Below are positions 51,185-61,393 of a stretch of 64,000 nt of DNA, piece by piece. The notes below the pieces were generated by a model that saw only the letters and a program-made list of their open reading frames with translations, ran no database searches and was not told the origin of the DNA. Numbering within the stretch: the stretch's first letter is position 1; each line of letters opens with the position of its first letter. Source of the DNA: Desulfomonilia bacterium (lineage in GTDB: Bacteria > Desulfobacterota > Desulfomonilia > UBA1062); the NCBI GenBank assembly GCA_050014195.1, contig JBEKDT010000002.1, positions 160,001-224,000 of the forward strand, in the 5' to 3' direction. A program made the translations under genes and the position numbers.

Positions 51185-52198
51185 TTACCGGAACTCGGTT
51201 TCGGTCAACCTTTCCAGGGCACCCTGGCAGGATGATCCTACACCCGCAGTACAGGAGAAGCAGTGATTGCCGATGACGATTGCCCGGGTCTTCAATCTCT
51301 CAAAATCAAAATCATCGATGTGGTTCGGCGTTTTGCCTTCCACCGGCAAGTCCAGCATCTGGTTGAAATCACAATCATACAATCGCCCGTCCCACCCTAC
51401 TGAAACGGTGTTCCGGCACATCAAACAATGAATAGTCGAAGGATTGAATGATGTGTGAAGAACATTCATATAGTCTTCAAAGTTCTCCGACCGGATGAGG
51501 TACTCCAGATACCTGCCTACAGGCGAGTTGACCAGGCAATAGAGGGTATTGAAGACAACCCCATGCTCTCCTTTCAGCCGGGTCTTGTATTCATGTTCCA
51601 GTGCCTGCTGCGCCCCAGGCAGAAAGGCACCAACCGGATTATAGACAAGGTTCAGGATCAAGCCGCTTCCGGGTATGCCATACCCCCTTTCATTCAGCAG
51701 CCGCATGACCTCGATGATGCATCTGAAAACGCCGCCGCCCCTCTGCCTGTTGACCCTATCTTCATGGTAGTCGGGAAGGGAAGCAATGATTTCGACCCTG
51801 TGGTCCGCATAGAGATCAATGAAGTTTTTATATTGTTCGTCGCGGAGGATTACAAGGTTGGTGCGGACCATCAACCGCCGATTCAACGTGGCAGCTTCCC
51901 GGATAAACCAGGGAAGCTCCGGATTCATCTCCGGTGCGCCGCCCGTGATATCTATGGTACCGATCCGATGGGTACGCAGCACTTCCAGGCATTTTTCAAA
52001 CACCCTGCGTCCCATGATTTCCGATCGCTCCGGACCGGCCTGGACATGGCAGTGCCTGCATGAGAGGTTGCAGCGCTTACTCACATTCATCTGGAGTATT
52101 TCAATCGATTCAGATCTCAGCGGAGTGCTGATCCTTTTATGAAACGGGATCCTTACAGGGTTATTATTGAGGATCTCCATTTGCTCCAAAGAAGTCAT
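51185..52198 (-). CDS. arsS: Arsenosugar biosynthesis radical SAM protein ArsS family (Cys form)
   Basis: CNLSCRHCHVQAGP, DITGGAPE, LMCR...DCDFNQML, HCFSCTAGVGSSCQG. Confidence 0.88.
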   Translation of the reverse strand: MTSLEQMEILNNNPVRIPFHKRISTPLRSESIEILQMNVSKRCNLSCRHCHVQAGPERSEIMGRRVFEKCLEVLRTHRIGTIDITGGAPEMNPELPWFIREAATLNRRLMVRTNLVILRDEQYKNFIDLYADHRVEIIASLPDYHEDRVNRQRGGGVFRCIIEVMRLLNERGYGIPGSGLILNLVYNPVGAFLPGAQQALEHEYKTRLKGEHGVVFNTLYCLVNSPVGRYLEYLIRSENFEDYMNVLHTSFNPSTIHCLMCRNTVSVGWDGRLYDCDFNQMLDLPVEGKTPNHIDDFDFERLKTRAIVIGNHCFSCTAGVGSSCQGALERLTETEFR

Positions 52199-52199
52199 A

Positions 52200-52535
52200 T
52201 TACATTTCCTTCTTCTTGATAATCTTTCGCATCTGCGTGGAATGAGCCAGGACATCACCCGCTGTCATTGCAGCTCCGACATGTACTGCCTCCATCATCT
52301 CATCACTGGAAACGCTCAGCGAAAGGCATTTATTCGTGTAGGCATCAATGCAGTACGGGCAGTGACGCACAGTAGCCACCGTAAGGGCTATTAATGCCTT
52401 TTCCCGCTCGGTGAGCACGCCGGGTCCTGTTACCTCGGCGTAATATTCAAAGAACTTTTTGCCCTGCTCGGGGGCATACTCCGTTATGTTCGGAAAATCT
52501 TCGAGGTCTTTGGTTTCATAGTAAGGTCTGGACAT
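52200..52535 (-). CDS. ArsS-associated peroxidase-like CMD/AhpD protein
   Basis: LTEREKALIAL...CPYCIDAY...EAVHV; directly upstream of arsS. Confidence 0.88.
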   Translation of the reverse strand: MSRPYYETKDLEDFPNITEYAPEQGKKFFEYYAEVTGPGVLTEREKALIALTVATVRHCPYCIDAYTNKCLSLSVSSDEMMEAVHVGAAMTAGDVLAHSTQMRKIIKKKEM

Positions 52536-52939
52536 AGCAAATCTCCTTTAATATAAAATTACTTCTGCATGTTAAACACCTGTATCACGTGTTTGGCATC
52601 CTTCTTTAAGAAATTTATTTTATAATAGAGTCTCCTCAAGAATAAAACCAGTCTCTTACCTCATCTTGTGGGTTTTGCCACGTTGTCACATTATAGGCAT
52701 AACCGCACTGCTCGCACTAACTTATCGATTTCCAAAGCACACACGGGCGCATCACAAACACTAAGCTGCATACATCACACCAAGGGATTGATGCATGCTC
52801 ATATGCAAAGATCCCCCTATAAAAATCTTCCGCATAAAATCTTCATAGTTCTTTCTTCTTGACTTTCAACCCCGTTGACTTAACGTATATATAACTTAAA
52901 CTAAAGTAGGTTTTTATTAAATGAAAAGAGGCATGAGCC

Positions 52940-54316
52940 GTGAACCTTGACCCCTTGTTCCTCTCCCGCATCCAATTCGCGGTCACTGTTTCCTTTCACA
53001 TCATCTTCCCGTCTCTGACCATTGGACTCTCTCTATGGCTGGCAATGCTCCAGGGCATGTCTCAGGCTACCGGTAATGCCCTGTATCAAAGGCTCTTCGA
53101 TCTCTGGCTTAAGATCTTTACCATACTGTTCGCCATGGGCGTTGTCTCCGGCCTCGTGATGGCGTTCCAGTTCGGCGCCAATTGGAGTGTGATGTCTGTT
53201 AAGACAGGGCCTGTCCTGGGCCCGCTACTCGGTTATGAGGCCTTCACGGCATTCATGCTGGAGGCGACCTTCCTGGGTGTGGTCCTGTACGCACGCAACC
53301 GCGTGCCGCCATGGTTCTATTTCTTTTCCTGCTGCATGATCGCCCTCGGTTCGACCTTGTCGTCCTTCTGGATTCTCTGCAACAACAGCTGGATGCAGGT
53401 GCCGGTGGGTTATGAGATAATAAACGGAAAGATAACCCCGGTTGACTGGAGGGCCATCGTGCTCGGCCCTGTATTCCTGATCCGCTGGCTGCACATGCTG
53501 CTTGCATCTCTCCTGACCACCGGCATGTGCATCCTTGCTGCAGGCGCCTGGTATGTGCTCCGCAATATCCATCGCGCAGAGGCGCGGATCATGCTGGACT
53601 GGGGCCTGGGTTTGGCAGCAGTGCTGATGATCTTTCAGTTCTATCTCGGGGATATAAGCGGCAAGCACATGTATAAGTATCAGCCAGCTAAATTCGCTGC
53701 CATCGAGGCGCGGTGGCAGCATGAGCAGCCGGGTACGGAAGTATGGTTTGCAATCCCCGACGAGAAAAACAAGAGAAATCTCTTTGCCGTCACAACACCC
53801 TATGCAGGCAGTTGGATCGCAACAGGAAGCTGGACCGCGCCTGTTTCCGGACTGAGTGATTTTCCGGAAGAAGACTGGCCGCCCATTCTTATCCCGTTCT
53901 TTTCATTCCGCATCATGGTAGGCCTTGGGTTGTTGATGCTGGCCATCGGCTCGTTCGGCATATTGCTCCGCTTGCAGGGTCGACTGGAGACAACGCGCTG
54001 GTTCCTTTGGAGTGCGATTCTTGCCTTTCCAAGCGGCTTTATTGCCGTCATCATCGGCTGGTTCACTGCCGAAGTCGGCCGTCAGCCCTGGGTGGTATAC
54101 GGGCTCCTGCGTACAGCACAGACCGTGACACCGACACTGACCGGGGCGAATGTGCTCGCAACCCTTGTAGGCTATGTGGTGGTTTATACATTGATCTCCT
54201 CTTTCGGGACCTACTATATCTATGGCGTGCTGCGCAAAGGGCCTTCCAAGGGCGGACCTGAGACGACCGGAGCCTCCGGGACTGTAACCCCCGGCACTCT
54301 TGAGGCAAAGGAGTAA
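52940..54316 (+). CDS. cydA: Cytochrome bd quinol oxidase subunit I
   Basis: SRIQFA..FHIIFP, FQFG.NW, AFMLEA, QPAKFAAIE, EVGRQPW. Confidence 0.95.
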   Translation: MNLDPLFLSRIQFAVTVSFHIIFPSLTIGLSLWLAMLQGMSQATGNALYQRLFDLWLKIFTILFAMGVVSGLVMAFQFGANWSVMSVKTGPVLGPLLGYEAFTAFMLEATFLGVVLYARNRVPPWFYFFSCCMIALGSTLSSFWILCNNSWMQVPVGYEIINGKITPVDWRAIVLGPVFLIRWLHMLLASLLTTGMCILAAGAWYVLRNIHRAEARIMLDWGLGLAAVLMIFQFYLGDISGKHMYKYQPAKFAAIEARWQHEQPGTEVWFAIPDEKNKRNLFAVTTPYAGSWIATGSWTAPVSGLSDFPEEDWPPILIPFFSFRIMVGLGLLMLAIGSFGILLRLQGRLETTRWFLWSAILAFPSGFIAVIIGWFTAEVGRQPWVVYGLLRTAQTVTPTLTGANVLATLVGYVVVYTLISSFGTYYIYGVLRKGPSKGGPETTGASGTVTPGTLEAKE

Positions 54317-54321
54317 GCCCG

Positions 54322-55302
54322 ATGGATGTTACTTGGCTTCCCTTATTCTGGGCAGGCCTGATCGCCTTTGCCATGTTCGTTTATGTTGTCCTTGACGGCT
54401 ACGACCTCGGTATCGGCATTTTGTCCGGTACTACCCGCAATGAGGCTTATCGGGACGCCATGGTGAATGCCGTCTCTCCATTCTGGGACGGGAACGAAGT
54501 CTGGCTGGTCCTTATCGGGGCAAGTCTATTCGGTGCATTCCCCATGGTATATGCAATCTTTCTCCCCGCCTTCTACCTGCCCATAGCGTTGATGCTGCTC
54601 GCCTTGATCTTCCGGGGTGTTGCCATCGAGTTCCGTTATCATGCAAAACAAATGCGCCGGCTCTGGGACTCGGGATTCTTCCTCGGGTCTCTCATTGCGA
54701 GCTTTGTTCAAGGTGCGGCCATCGGCAGGATGGTGCAGGAACTGCCGGTAGCAGGCGGACAATATGCCGGGAGTGCCTTCGAGTGGCTGACACCGTTCTC
54801 CGTGCTCTGTGGAATCGGCCTGGCAATAGGCTATACGCTCCTCGGAGCCGCATGGCTGGTTTTGAAGACGGACGGCGCCTTGCGCGACTGGGCCTATCGC
54901 CGGTTAGGACGGCTGCTTGCAGGTGTCCTTATGATTCTCCTTATTGTCGCCGTGTTCGCACTTACTACGCATCTGCAGGTAAGGGACCGCTGGCTTCAGC
55001 ACTTGTGGCTGGTCATCTTTCCGTTGATCATCTTCCTGGCCTCCATCGGCTTATGGCTCGGGGTCCGCAGACGGAGCGACAGGGTTCCCTACGCCATGGC
55101 CGTTCTCATCTTTCTTGCCGCCTTTTTGTCGCTGGCAGGCAGCTTCTGGCCCTATATGATCCCGTTTACCGTAACGATCGAGACGGCGGCGGCACCGGTG
55201 CAGTCTCTCAGGTTCCTTTTCTACGGGGCGGGTATCATTGTCTTCCCCGTTGTTCTTATCTATACCGGCGTGGTTTATTGGGTTCTGAGGGGAAAGGTTT
55301 AG
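54322..55302 (+). CDS. cydB: Cytochrome bd quinol oxidase subunit II
   Basis: LDGYDLG, PFWDGNEVW, RGVAIEFR. Confidence 0.95.
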   Translation: MDVTWLPLFWAGLIAFAMFVYVVLDGYDLGIGILSGTTRNEAYRDAMVNAVSPFWDGNEVWLVLIGASLFGAFPMVYAIFLPAFYLPIALMLLALIFRGVAIEFRYHAKQMRRLWDSGFFLGSLIASFVQGAAIGRMVQELPVAGGQYAGSAFEWLTPFSVLCGIGLAIGYTLLGAAWLVLKTDGALRDWAYRRLGRLLAGVLMILLIVAVFALTTHLQVRDRWLQHLWLVIFPLIIFLASIGLWLGVRRRSDRVPYAMAVLIFLAAFLSLAGSFWPYMIPFTVTIETAAAPVQSLRFLFYGAGIIVFPVVLIYTGVVYWVLRGKV

Positions 55303-55314
55303 AAGGCTAGAGAA

Positions 55315-56460
55315 TTGCTCTCATACCCACCTCTTCTTCTCATTGCCGGGGCCAAAGGCGCAGTAGGTTCAACGGTAGCGGCTGCTATTTCAGCGATGAA
55401 AAAGGACCCGGATACAGTCCTCCCCTGGCTGACCACGGCACCTTTGTGTAATCACCTTGGTCCCTTCGGGGGTATGGAATTCTCCGGATGGGATGCTTCC
55501 CCCGAATCAATCAATCAGGCCATCGAATACCACAAGGTCCTCCCAAATAAATCCCTCCTTTATGAAGAGTATCTGGGCAAGATCCGGATTCATCAGGCCC
55601 CTTCGGGCGAACTGCCCCTTCATGCGCAGGTTGAACAGTTGATAGGGGATATTGAGGGTTTCAAGGCACTCTATCCCAAGACCCATCCGGTCCTGATCAA
55701 CCTTCTGCCGGCATGCAGGACGATCGATCTTTCGGGATTGGACCGGCTGGATCGGCTGTATTCGCATACGGATTCAACAAAATTCCCCGATCTGGCCTAT
55801 GCCCTTGCTGCAATCTTAACCGGTATCCCGGTCGTGAATTTCACATCCAATGCCCTCGAGCTGCCCGTGATCGTCGAAGAGGCGCTTAAGGCGGGCGTCC
55901 CTGTGTGCGGCCGTGACGGGAAGACCGGTCAGACCTACCTGAAGGTAGTGCTCGCTTCGGCCCTGAAGGCCCGCAGCCTTCAGGTTGACGGATGGTACAG
56001 TTTGAATATACTCGGCAACGAAGACGGCAGGAATCTTGCCGATCCCACGAAGGCATCAGGCAAAGTGGCCAACAAAACCGGGTTGCTGGAAGAGGTTCTC
56101 GGATATAAGGTTGGCAGGCAATATGGAACTGATTCCCATAAGGTCGTTATCGACTATTATCCACCCAGAGGTGATTGCAAAGAGGCGTGGGATGTCATCG
56201 ACTTTGCAGGCCTCTTCGGCCTGCCCATGAGCCTCAGGCTGAACCTGCAGGCGCGCGACTCCATCCTGGCAGCCCCCCTTGTCATCGACCTGGCCCGCTG
56301 GATGGCCGCCCTGCATGCTGCAGGCCGTTCAGGCCTGGTTCCGGAGTTGGGCTTCTATTTTAAGAAACCCCTGGGCCCCAATCCACCGGTGACCTTCCAG
56401 GATCAACTCGCAGCGCTTGATCGATTGGAAGTTGTTTGCAAGGGGCATATAAATAGTTGA
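55315..56460 (+). CDS. ino1: Myo-inositol-1-phosphate synthase family protein
   Basis: GRDGKTGQT, NILGNEDG, D.KEAWD, RDSILAAPLVIDLAR, FYFKKP. Confidence 0.82.
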   Translation: MLSYPPLLLIAGAKGAVGSTVAAAISAMKKDPDTVLPWLTTAPLCNHLGPFGGMEFSGWDASPESINQAIEYHKVLPNKSLLYEEYLGKIRIHQAPSGELPLHAQVEQLIGDIEGFKALYPKTHPVLINLLPACRTIDLSGLDRLDRLYSHTDSTKFPDLAYALAAILTGIPVVNFTSNALELPVIVEEALKAGVPVCGRDGKTGQTYLKVVLASALKARSLQVDGWYSLNILGNEDGRNLADPTKASGKVANKTGLLEEVLGYKVGRQYGTDSHKVVIDYYPPRGDCKEAWDVIDFAGLFGLPMSLRLNLQARDSILAAPLVIDLARWMAALHAAGRSGLVPELGFYFKKPLGPNPPVTFQDQLAALDRLEVVCKGHINS

Positions 56461-56485
56461 GCATCCTGGTAAGGGAGTATGCATC

Positions 56486-57376
56486 ATGAAGTTCGGGTAC
56501 AGCACCAATGCCTTTGTGAATTATTCCTTGTTCGATGCGGTAAACATGATTGCCGAGCTTGGGTTCGGCGGGGTCGAAATCATGGCCGACCGCCCCCATC
56601 TCTACCCGCAGGACTGGGGACACGAAGGCCTTATCCGGCTCAAAGACCTGATCCTCCAAAAGGGCCTTCGGATCACCAACCTGAACAGCTTCACCCTGTT
56701 CGCCGTGGGAGATACCTACCTTCCATCGTGGATAGAGCCCGTGAAAGAGAGACGGGATATCCGTATCCGCCATACCCTTGATTGCCTGAAACTCGCATCC
56801 TTTCTCGGGTGTGATAACATCTCCGTTCCCCCCGGCGGGCCCTTGCACGGAATTGCACGTCAGGAAGCCTTGTCCTTGTTCTATGATGGTCTCGATAAGG
56901 TCGTTCCCCTGGCCCAAGAGCTTCGGGTCAAGGTCCTTGTGGAACCCGAGCCGGACCTGCTCATGGAAAACACCCAGCAGTTCAAGGAGTTCATCCGGGA
57001 GGTCCGCTCGACCTTTGTGGGGCTCAACTTCGACATCGGCCATTTCTTCTGTGCCGGGGAAGAGCCTGGTAAAGCCTTTCAGGAGCTCCTGCCGTGGATC
57101 GGCCATGTCCATATCGAGGATATTGCGGAAAACCGGCGCCACCACCATCTTATCCCCGGGCTGGGGGCCATCGATTTTCAGCGTGTCCTTACAACTATAC
57201 GGCAAACCGGCTACCAGGGGGATATCAGCCTTGAGCTCTACACCTATGCGGACAGGCCTGTTGATGCCGGCCGGAAAAGCCTGACCTTTCTCCTGCCCCT
57301 CTTTCAGGAAGCAGGGTTTGATGTTGACATGCTGTTACGCAGAGTTACGAACCAAACAGGAGAAGAAGGAGGATGA
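56486..57376 (+). CDS. Sugar phosphate isomerase/epimerase (xylose isomerase-like TIM barrel)
   Basis: FGYSTNAF, EPEP, DIGH, HVHIED, H.HL.PG.G, ELY. Confidence 0.88.
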   Translation: MKFGYSTNAFVNYSLFDAVNMIAELGFGGVEIMADRPHLYPQDWGHEGLIRLKDLILQKGLRITNLNSFTLFAVGDTYLPSWIEPVKERRDIRIRHTLDCLKLASFLGCDNISVPPGGPLHGIARQEALSLFYDGLDKVVPLAQELRVKVLVEPEPDLLMENTQQFKEFIREVRSTFVGLNFDIGHFFCAGEEPGKAFQELLPWIGHVHIEDIAENRRHHHLIPGLGAIDFQRVLTTIRQTGYQGDISLELYTYADRPVDAGRKSLTFLLPLFQEAGFDVDMLLRRVTNQTGEEGG

Positions 57377-57380
57377 CTCT

Positions 57381-58175
57381 TTGAATTATTCGATGCCCCC
57401 CAATCAGGATTCAAAACATTCTCTGAAGAAACCCGGGGAAGACACCTACTTCGGTTTCCGCAAGGTCCCTGTCCGGGAGAAGGCCGGATACGTACTCCGG
57501 CACTTCAACACCATAGCCCTCAAGTACGATTTCATGAACACCATCTTAAGCCTCGGACTTCACTACCTCTGGAAACGTTTGTCCGTAAAGGCCTTGGTGT
57601 TGAAGCCGGGGGACTTGGTGATCGATGTATGCGGTGGCACTGCAGACCTCTCTATCCTTGCCGCAAGGGCTGTGGGCGGCAGAGGCCGGGTCGTTCTCTA
57701 TGACATCAACCGGGCCATGATGGAAGGGGGAAGGCCCAAGGTTGCAAGGACCTTACTTGCAAAGAGAATCCTTTATGTCCAGGGGGATGCGGAATGCATG
57801 TGTTTTCTTGAAGGCAGTTTCGATGCGGCAATGGTGGGCTTCGGGATCAGGAACCTGACCAATATGGAGAAGGGGCTTGCGGAGATGTACCGGGTACTCA
57901 AACCCGGGGGCAAGATGATGTGCCTTGAGTTCTCCCTTCCCACATCTTCATGGTTCCGCCTCCTCTATGATTTCTATTCTTTTCACCTCATGCCCCTTGC
58001 CGGGCGACTCCTGGCCGGTACTCGCGAGGCATATCTCTACCTCCCCGAATCAATCCGCAAGTTCCCGCAGCCGGATGTATTTGCCGCTATGCTCAAAGGT
58101 ACCGGGTTTTCCGCAGTGGAGTACCAAAGGCTTACCAACGGGATTGCAGTCATTTATACCGGGGTAAAGGCATGA
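57381..58175 (+). CDS. ubiE: UbiE/MenG family quinone C-methyltransferase
   Basis: TYFGF, YDFMN..LS.GLH..WK, DVCGGTAD, GFGIRN, RVLKPGG, YLPESIRKFP; TTG start after GGAGG. Confidence 0.85.
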   Translation: MNYSMPPNQDSKHSLKKPGEDTYFGFRKVPVREKAGYVLRHFNTIALKYDFMNTILSLGLHYLWKRLSVKALVLKPGDLVIDVCGGTADLSILAARAVGGRGRVVLYDINRAMMEGGRPKVARTLLAKRILYVQGDAECMCFLEGSFDAAMVGFGIRNLTNMEKGLAEMYRVLKPGGKMMCLEFSLPTSSWFRLLYDFYSFHLMPLAGRLLAGTREAYLYLPESIRKFPQPDVFAAMLKGTGFSAVEYQRLTNGIAVIYTGVKA

Positions 58176-58768
58176 AGCTGAACTGGGCGGAGCGCCTGGC
58201 GGTCAATAACCCCATAAGGCCTCTGCAACAGCGCCTTGAGATCGGCTGGATGAAGAAAAATATCCGTCTCAACCCTAACGCCCTTGTCTTGGAGGTAGGG
58301 TGCGGCAGGGGGGCAGGGTCTTATCTTATCAAGAAGATGTTTGATCCTGCCTTTGTCCATGCCATGGATCTTGATATTCGGATGATCCGAAAGGCGCATG
58401 ACTATCTCTCCCCTGAAAAAAGGAATGGGATTTCTTTTTTTGTCGGCGACGTGGTCCGGCTGCCCTACCGAGACAGCACCATGGATGCCGTGTTCGGGTT
58501 CGGGGTCCTCCACCATGTCCCGGACTGGCAAGAGGCCTTGGCCGAGATCGTAAGGGTATTGAAGGTCGGCGGGACCTACTTCTTCGAGGAGCTCTACCCA
58601 ACGCTTTACCAGAACATTATCACCAGGCACATCCTCCTCCATCCCACTGAGAACCGTTTCCGCAGTCAAGACCTGAAAGAGGCCCTGAAAAATGCGGGCC
58701 TGGAGCTGAAAAATTATTTAGAGATCCCGAAGCTGGAAATCTTCGGGTATGCGACCAAACAGGCGTAG
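58172..58768 (+). CDS. Class I SAM-dependent methyltransferase
   Basis: LEVGCGRG, FGVLHHVPDW, RVLK.GG; ATGA overlap with the ubiE-like gene. Confidence 0.9.
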   Translation: MKLNWAERLAVNNPIRPLQQRLEIGWMKKNIRLNPNALVLEVGCGRGAGSYLIKKMFDPAFVHAMDLDIRMIRKAHDYLSPEKRNGISFFVGDVVRLPYRDSTMDAVFGFGVLHHVPDWQEALAEIVRVLKVGGTYFFEELYPTLYQNIITRHILLHPTENRFRSQDLKEALKNAGLELKNYLEIPKLEIFGYATKQA

Positions 58769-58965
58769 ACTACGAGAAATTATCGGAACGGATATCAGGA
58801 GAATATCCATATATCTCTCCCAAAAACTTTTACTTTTCAGTCCTCTTTGTAACCGGTCATTTATAGAAGAAATCTACAGTTGATAGTAGGCAGTTGAGAC
58901 CGGTGATTTATCGCAGGAATCTCCACTTTTCCATGATAAATATATCTCAATGATTTCTTATTAAT

Positions 58966-60912
58966 TCATTGATGTAAGTTGTTGATAAAGTCGGGACCCT
59001 TCTTAAGAACATCGGAAGATTTTTTGTTTGCTAGCAATTTTATCAATTTTTGTTGAGCATCCCAATAATTTGGATCTGTAATTAATACTTTTCTATATTG
59101 CTCAACTGCCTTATCAATTTTGCCTTGTGATAAAAGTGCGTTTCCGAGATTATAATGTGCTTCCGATAAATTTGGCTTAATCTGAAGTGCATTATTAAAG
59201 TAATGAATTGCTTCGTTAACTCTACCTTGAGATTCTAAACAAATACCCATGTTTACATTCGCAGATGCATTTTCAGATTTTATCTCCAGGACCTTAGAGA
59301 ACATCTTGATTGCTCCATCAAATCTTTTCTGATGCATGTATGCAACACCAAGACTATTATAAGCATCTTCATAAGTCGGATCAATTAATATAGCCTTGGT
59401 ATAATAACTAACTGCTTTTGATATATCACCTTTCATTATAAATATTTCACCCATTATTAGATTTATATATTTATCATTGGGAGCTACTTTCAAGGCCTCA
59501 TTACAATGTTTTGCTGCGCCGTCAAGATCACCTTCACCAATTAGGGTCTTTGCAAGCCAAAGGTGGGCTACATCATTATTAACAGTCACCTTGATGCAAT
59601 GCTCAAAAAGAGTATCACTATTTTTCCAATACCCCACTTGTATCCACGAATATATCATAAGAATAGAAAGGCTTGCCCCTGCTAATGTAAACAAGTAGTA
59701 TTTTTGAAGTCGCCATTTTTCGAGTAATTCAGGTACACCCCAGGCAACCATGATAAATATACCAATAAAAGGGACATAGGCCCATCGATCAGCCATAGCC
59801 GGCCAAATGCCCGACTGGTATAATCCACTTACTGGTATAAGGGTACCAGCATACCAAAGCCACCCTACGAGAAGATAAGGATGTCTTCGGGAGGTTACAA
59901 TAACTATAGCACTGATAAATACAATCAAGAGAAAGGCTCCGAAACTCTGCCAAAATGGAATAGATTGTGGGAAGGGATAATATACCGCCAGGTTATGTGG
60001 CCAGATCGCCTTCCCTATGTATGCAATATATGAAACTAGGGCATTACCAATCCTTAAACCTATTGGGATTTGTTCATATGATATAATATTAACATATATT
60101 GATAGTTTAAGCGATAATGTGGAGACATAGACGGAGAGAAAAGATAAAAGAATTAAAGGGATTTTATCAAGGATTACCCGTGATTTCAGTAAGTCACCAA
60201 GACTACTTATGACAGATTTATGAGATTGGATAGAACTCCCAGATCCTATATGACTAAACGAGAGACGATCAAGAGGCCAATAGTCAAGTAATAGTAATAC
60301 AAAGGGTAATGTTATGAGCATGGGTTTTGCGAGAAGTCCCATGATAAAACTGATAACTACTAGTAGATATCGAATAAGGGATGGACGCTTTGTATAATTG
60401 AAGTAGGTAAGCATGACTATAAACCAAAAACAGGTGCTTAAGAGATTCTTCCTCTCTGCAATCCATGCTACAGTATCCACATTGATTGGATGGAGTGCAA
60501 AGAGCGCTGCTACAAAGGCACTCTTCCATTGAGATCCTGTCATAACTCTAAGTACTAAAAACAAGAGTAAAGTATTTATGATGTGGAGAAAAAGGTTAGT
60601 AAGATGATGCTTGCCTGCATCCAGCCCCCACAGTTGTATATCAAGCATGTGTGAAATCAATGTGAGAGGATGCCAGTAGTTTTTTTCTTCGCCAGAAAGA
60701 CTGAATGCCCACTTGATATTTTCTAGAGTAATCCCTGAAATAATGTGCTCATTTTCTGTAACATAAAAATTGTCATCAACGCTAACAAAGTCGTTATTCT
60801 TGGTTTGCAAGTATACGGAGCAGGTTAATATTATAAGAAATATAGAGATAATAATAGCGTGTTTTTCAAAAATATCATATTTTTGTTTTATGTCTTTGTT
60901 AAGGTAATTCAT
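58966..60912 (-). CDS. TMTC-like (GT-C-fold) membrane protein with C-terminal TPRs
   Basis: DD motif (SVDDNFY), WHPLT, HP..V..VAWIAERK, ADRWAY, multiple TPRs; AT-rich. Confidence 0.85.
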   Translation of the reverse strand: MNYLNKDIKQKYDIFEKHAIIISIFLIILTCSVYLQTKNNDFVSVDDNFYVTENEHIISGITLENIKWAFSLSGEEKNYWHPLTLISHMLDIQLWGLDAGKHHLTNLFLHIINTLLLFLVLRVMTGSQWKSAFVAALFALHPINVDTVAWIAERKNLLSTCFWFIVMLTYFNYTKRPSLIRYLLVVISFIMGLLAKPMLITLPFVLLLLDYWPLDRLSFSHIGSGSSIQSHKSVISSLGDLLKSRVILDKIPLILLSFLSVYVSTLSLKLSIYVNIISYEQIPIGLRIGNALVSYIAYIGKAIWPHNLAVYYPFPQSIPFWQSFGAFLLIVFISAIVIVTSRRHPYLLVGWLWYAGTLIPVSGLYQSGIWPAMADRWAYVPFIGIFIMVAWGVPELLEKWRLQKYYLFTLAGASLSILMIYSWIQVGYWKNSDTLFEHCIKVTVNNDVAHLWLAKTLIGEGDLDGAAKHCNEALKVAPNDKYINLIMGEIFIMKGDISKAVSYYTKAILIDPTYEDAYNSLGVAYMHQKRFDGAIKMFSKVLEIKSENASANVNMGICLESQGRVNEAIHYFNNALQIKPNLSEAHYNLGNALLSQGKIDKAVEQYRKVLITDPNYWDAQQKLIKLLANKKSSDVLKKGPDFINNLHQ

Positions 60913-61393
60913 TGCGTTAACTTACTATCAGCAAATCCATTATTGACAGAAAAGAAATTTATCTAAATCCTACAGATTATAGTAACCCTTTTCATTAAGT
61001 TATCTTCCTCCTAAGTTAGAGATATCCAATAAATAAGTCAAGTCTCCGATTTTATGTAAATTAGCATCTCCGATATAGCGCTACGCTACTAGAAGATCTT
61101 CCATCTACATGGTCATACCCGTTCATCTTCAATAGAAAAAATACATAGGAGAAAACATAGATTATGCCAGAGGCAACGAACTGATTTGGATTTTTCAAAA
61201 TCATAGATTTCGTGCCATGAGCAACGTTCTGGTATGAAGAGATAGGCTGCGTAGCTTTCAACTCAAGATCATCAGTTTTCAGACATCATAAAACCGAGAT
61301 GAAATCATATCTTTTATTATTTCTTTTGGTTATCATATGATTAAGGGGGTGTGCCATGCCCTACCATAAACATAGGCAAGGGAAGATGTGTGT

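Noticed and set aside
51215-51260. Selenocysteine in the ArsS C-terminal motif
   Set aside because: The codon is TGC (Cys); there is no in-frame UGA.
61203-61217. Sigma-54 promoter on the - strand (TGGCACG...)
   Set aside because: The -12 TTGC element is absent.
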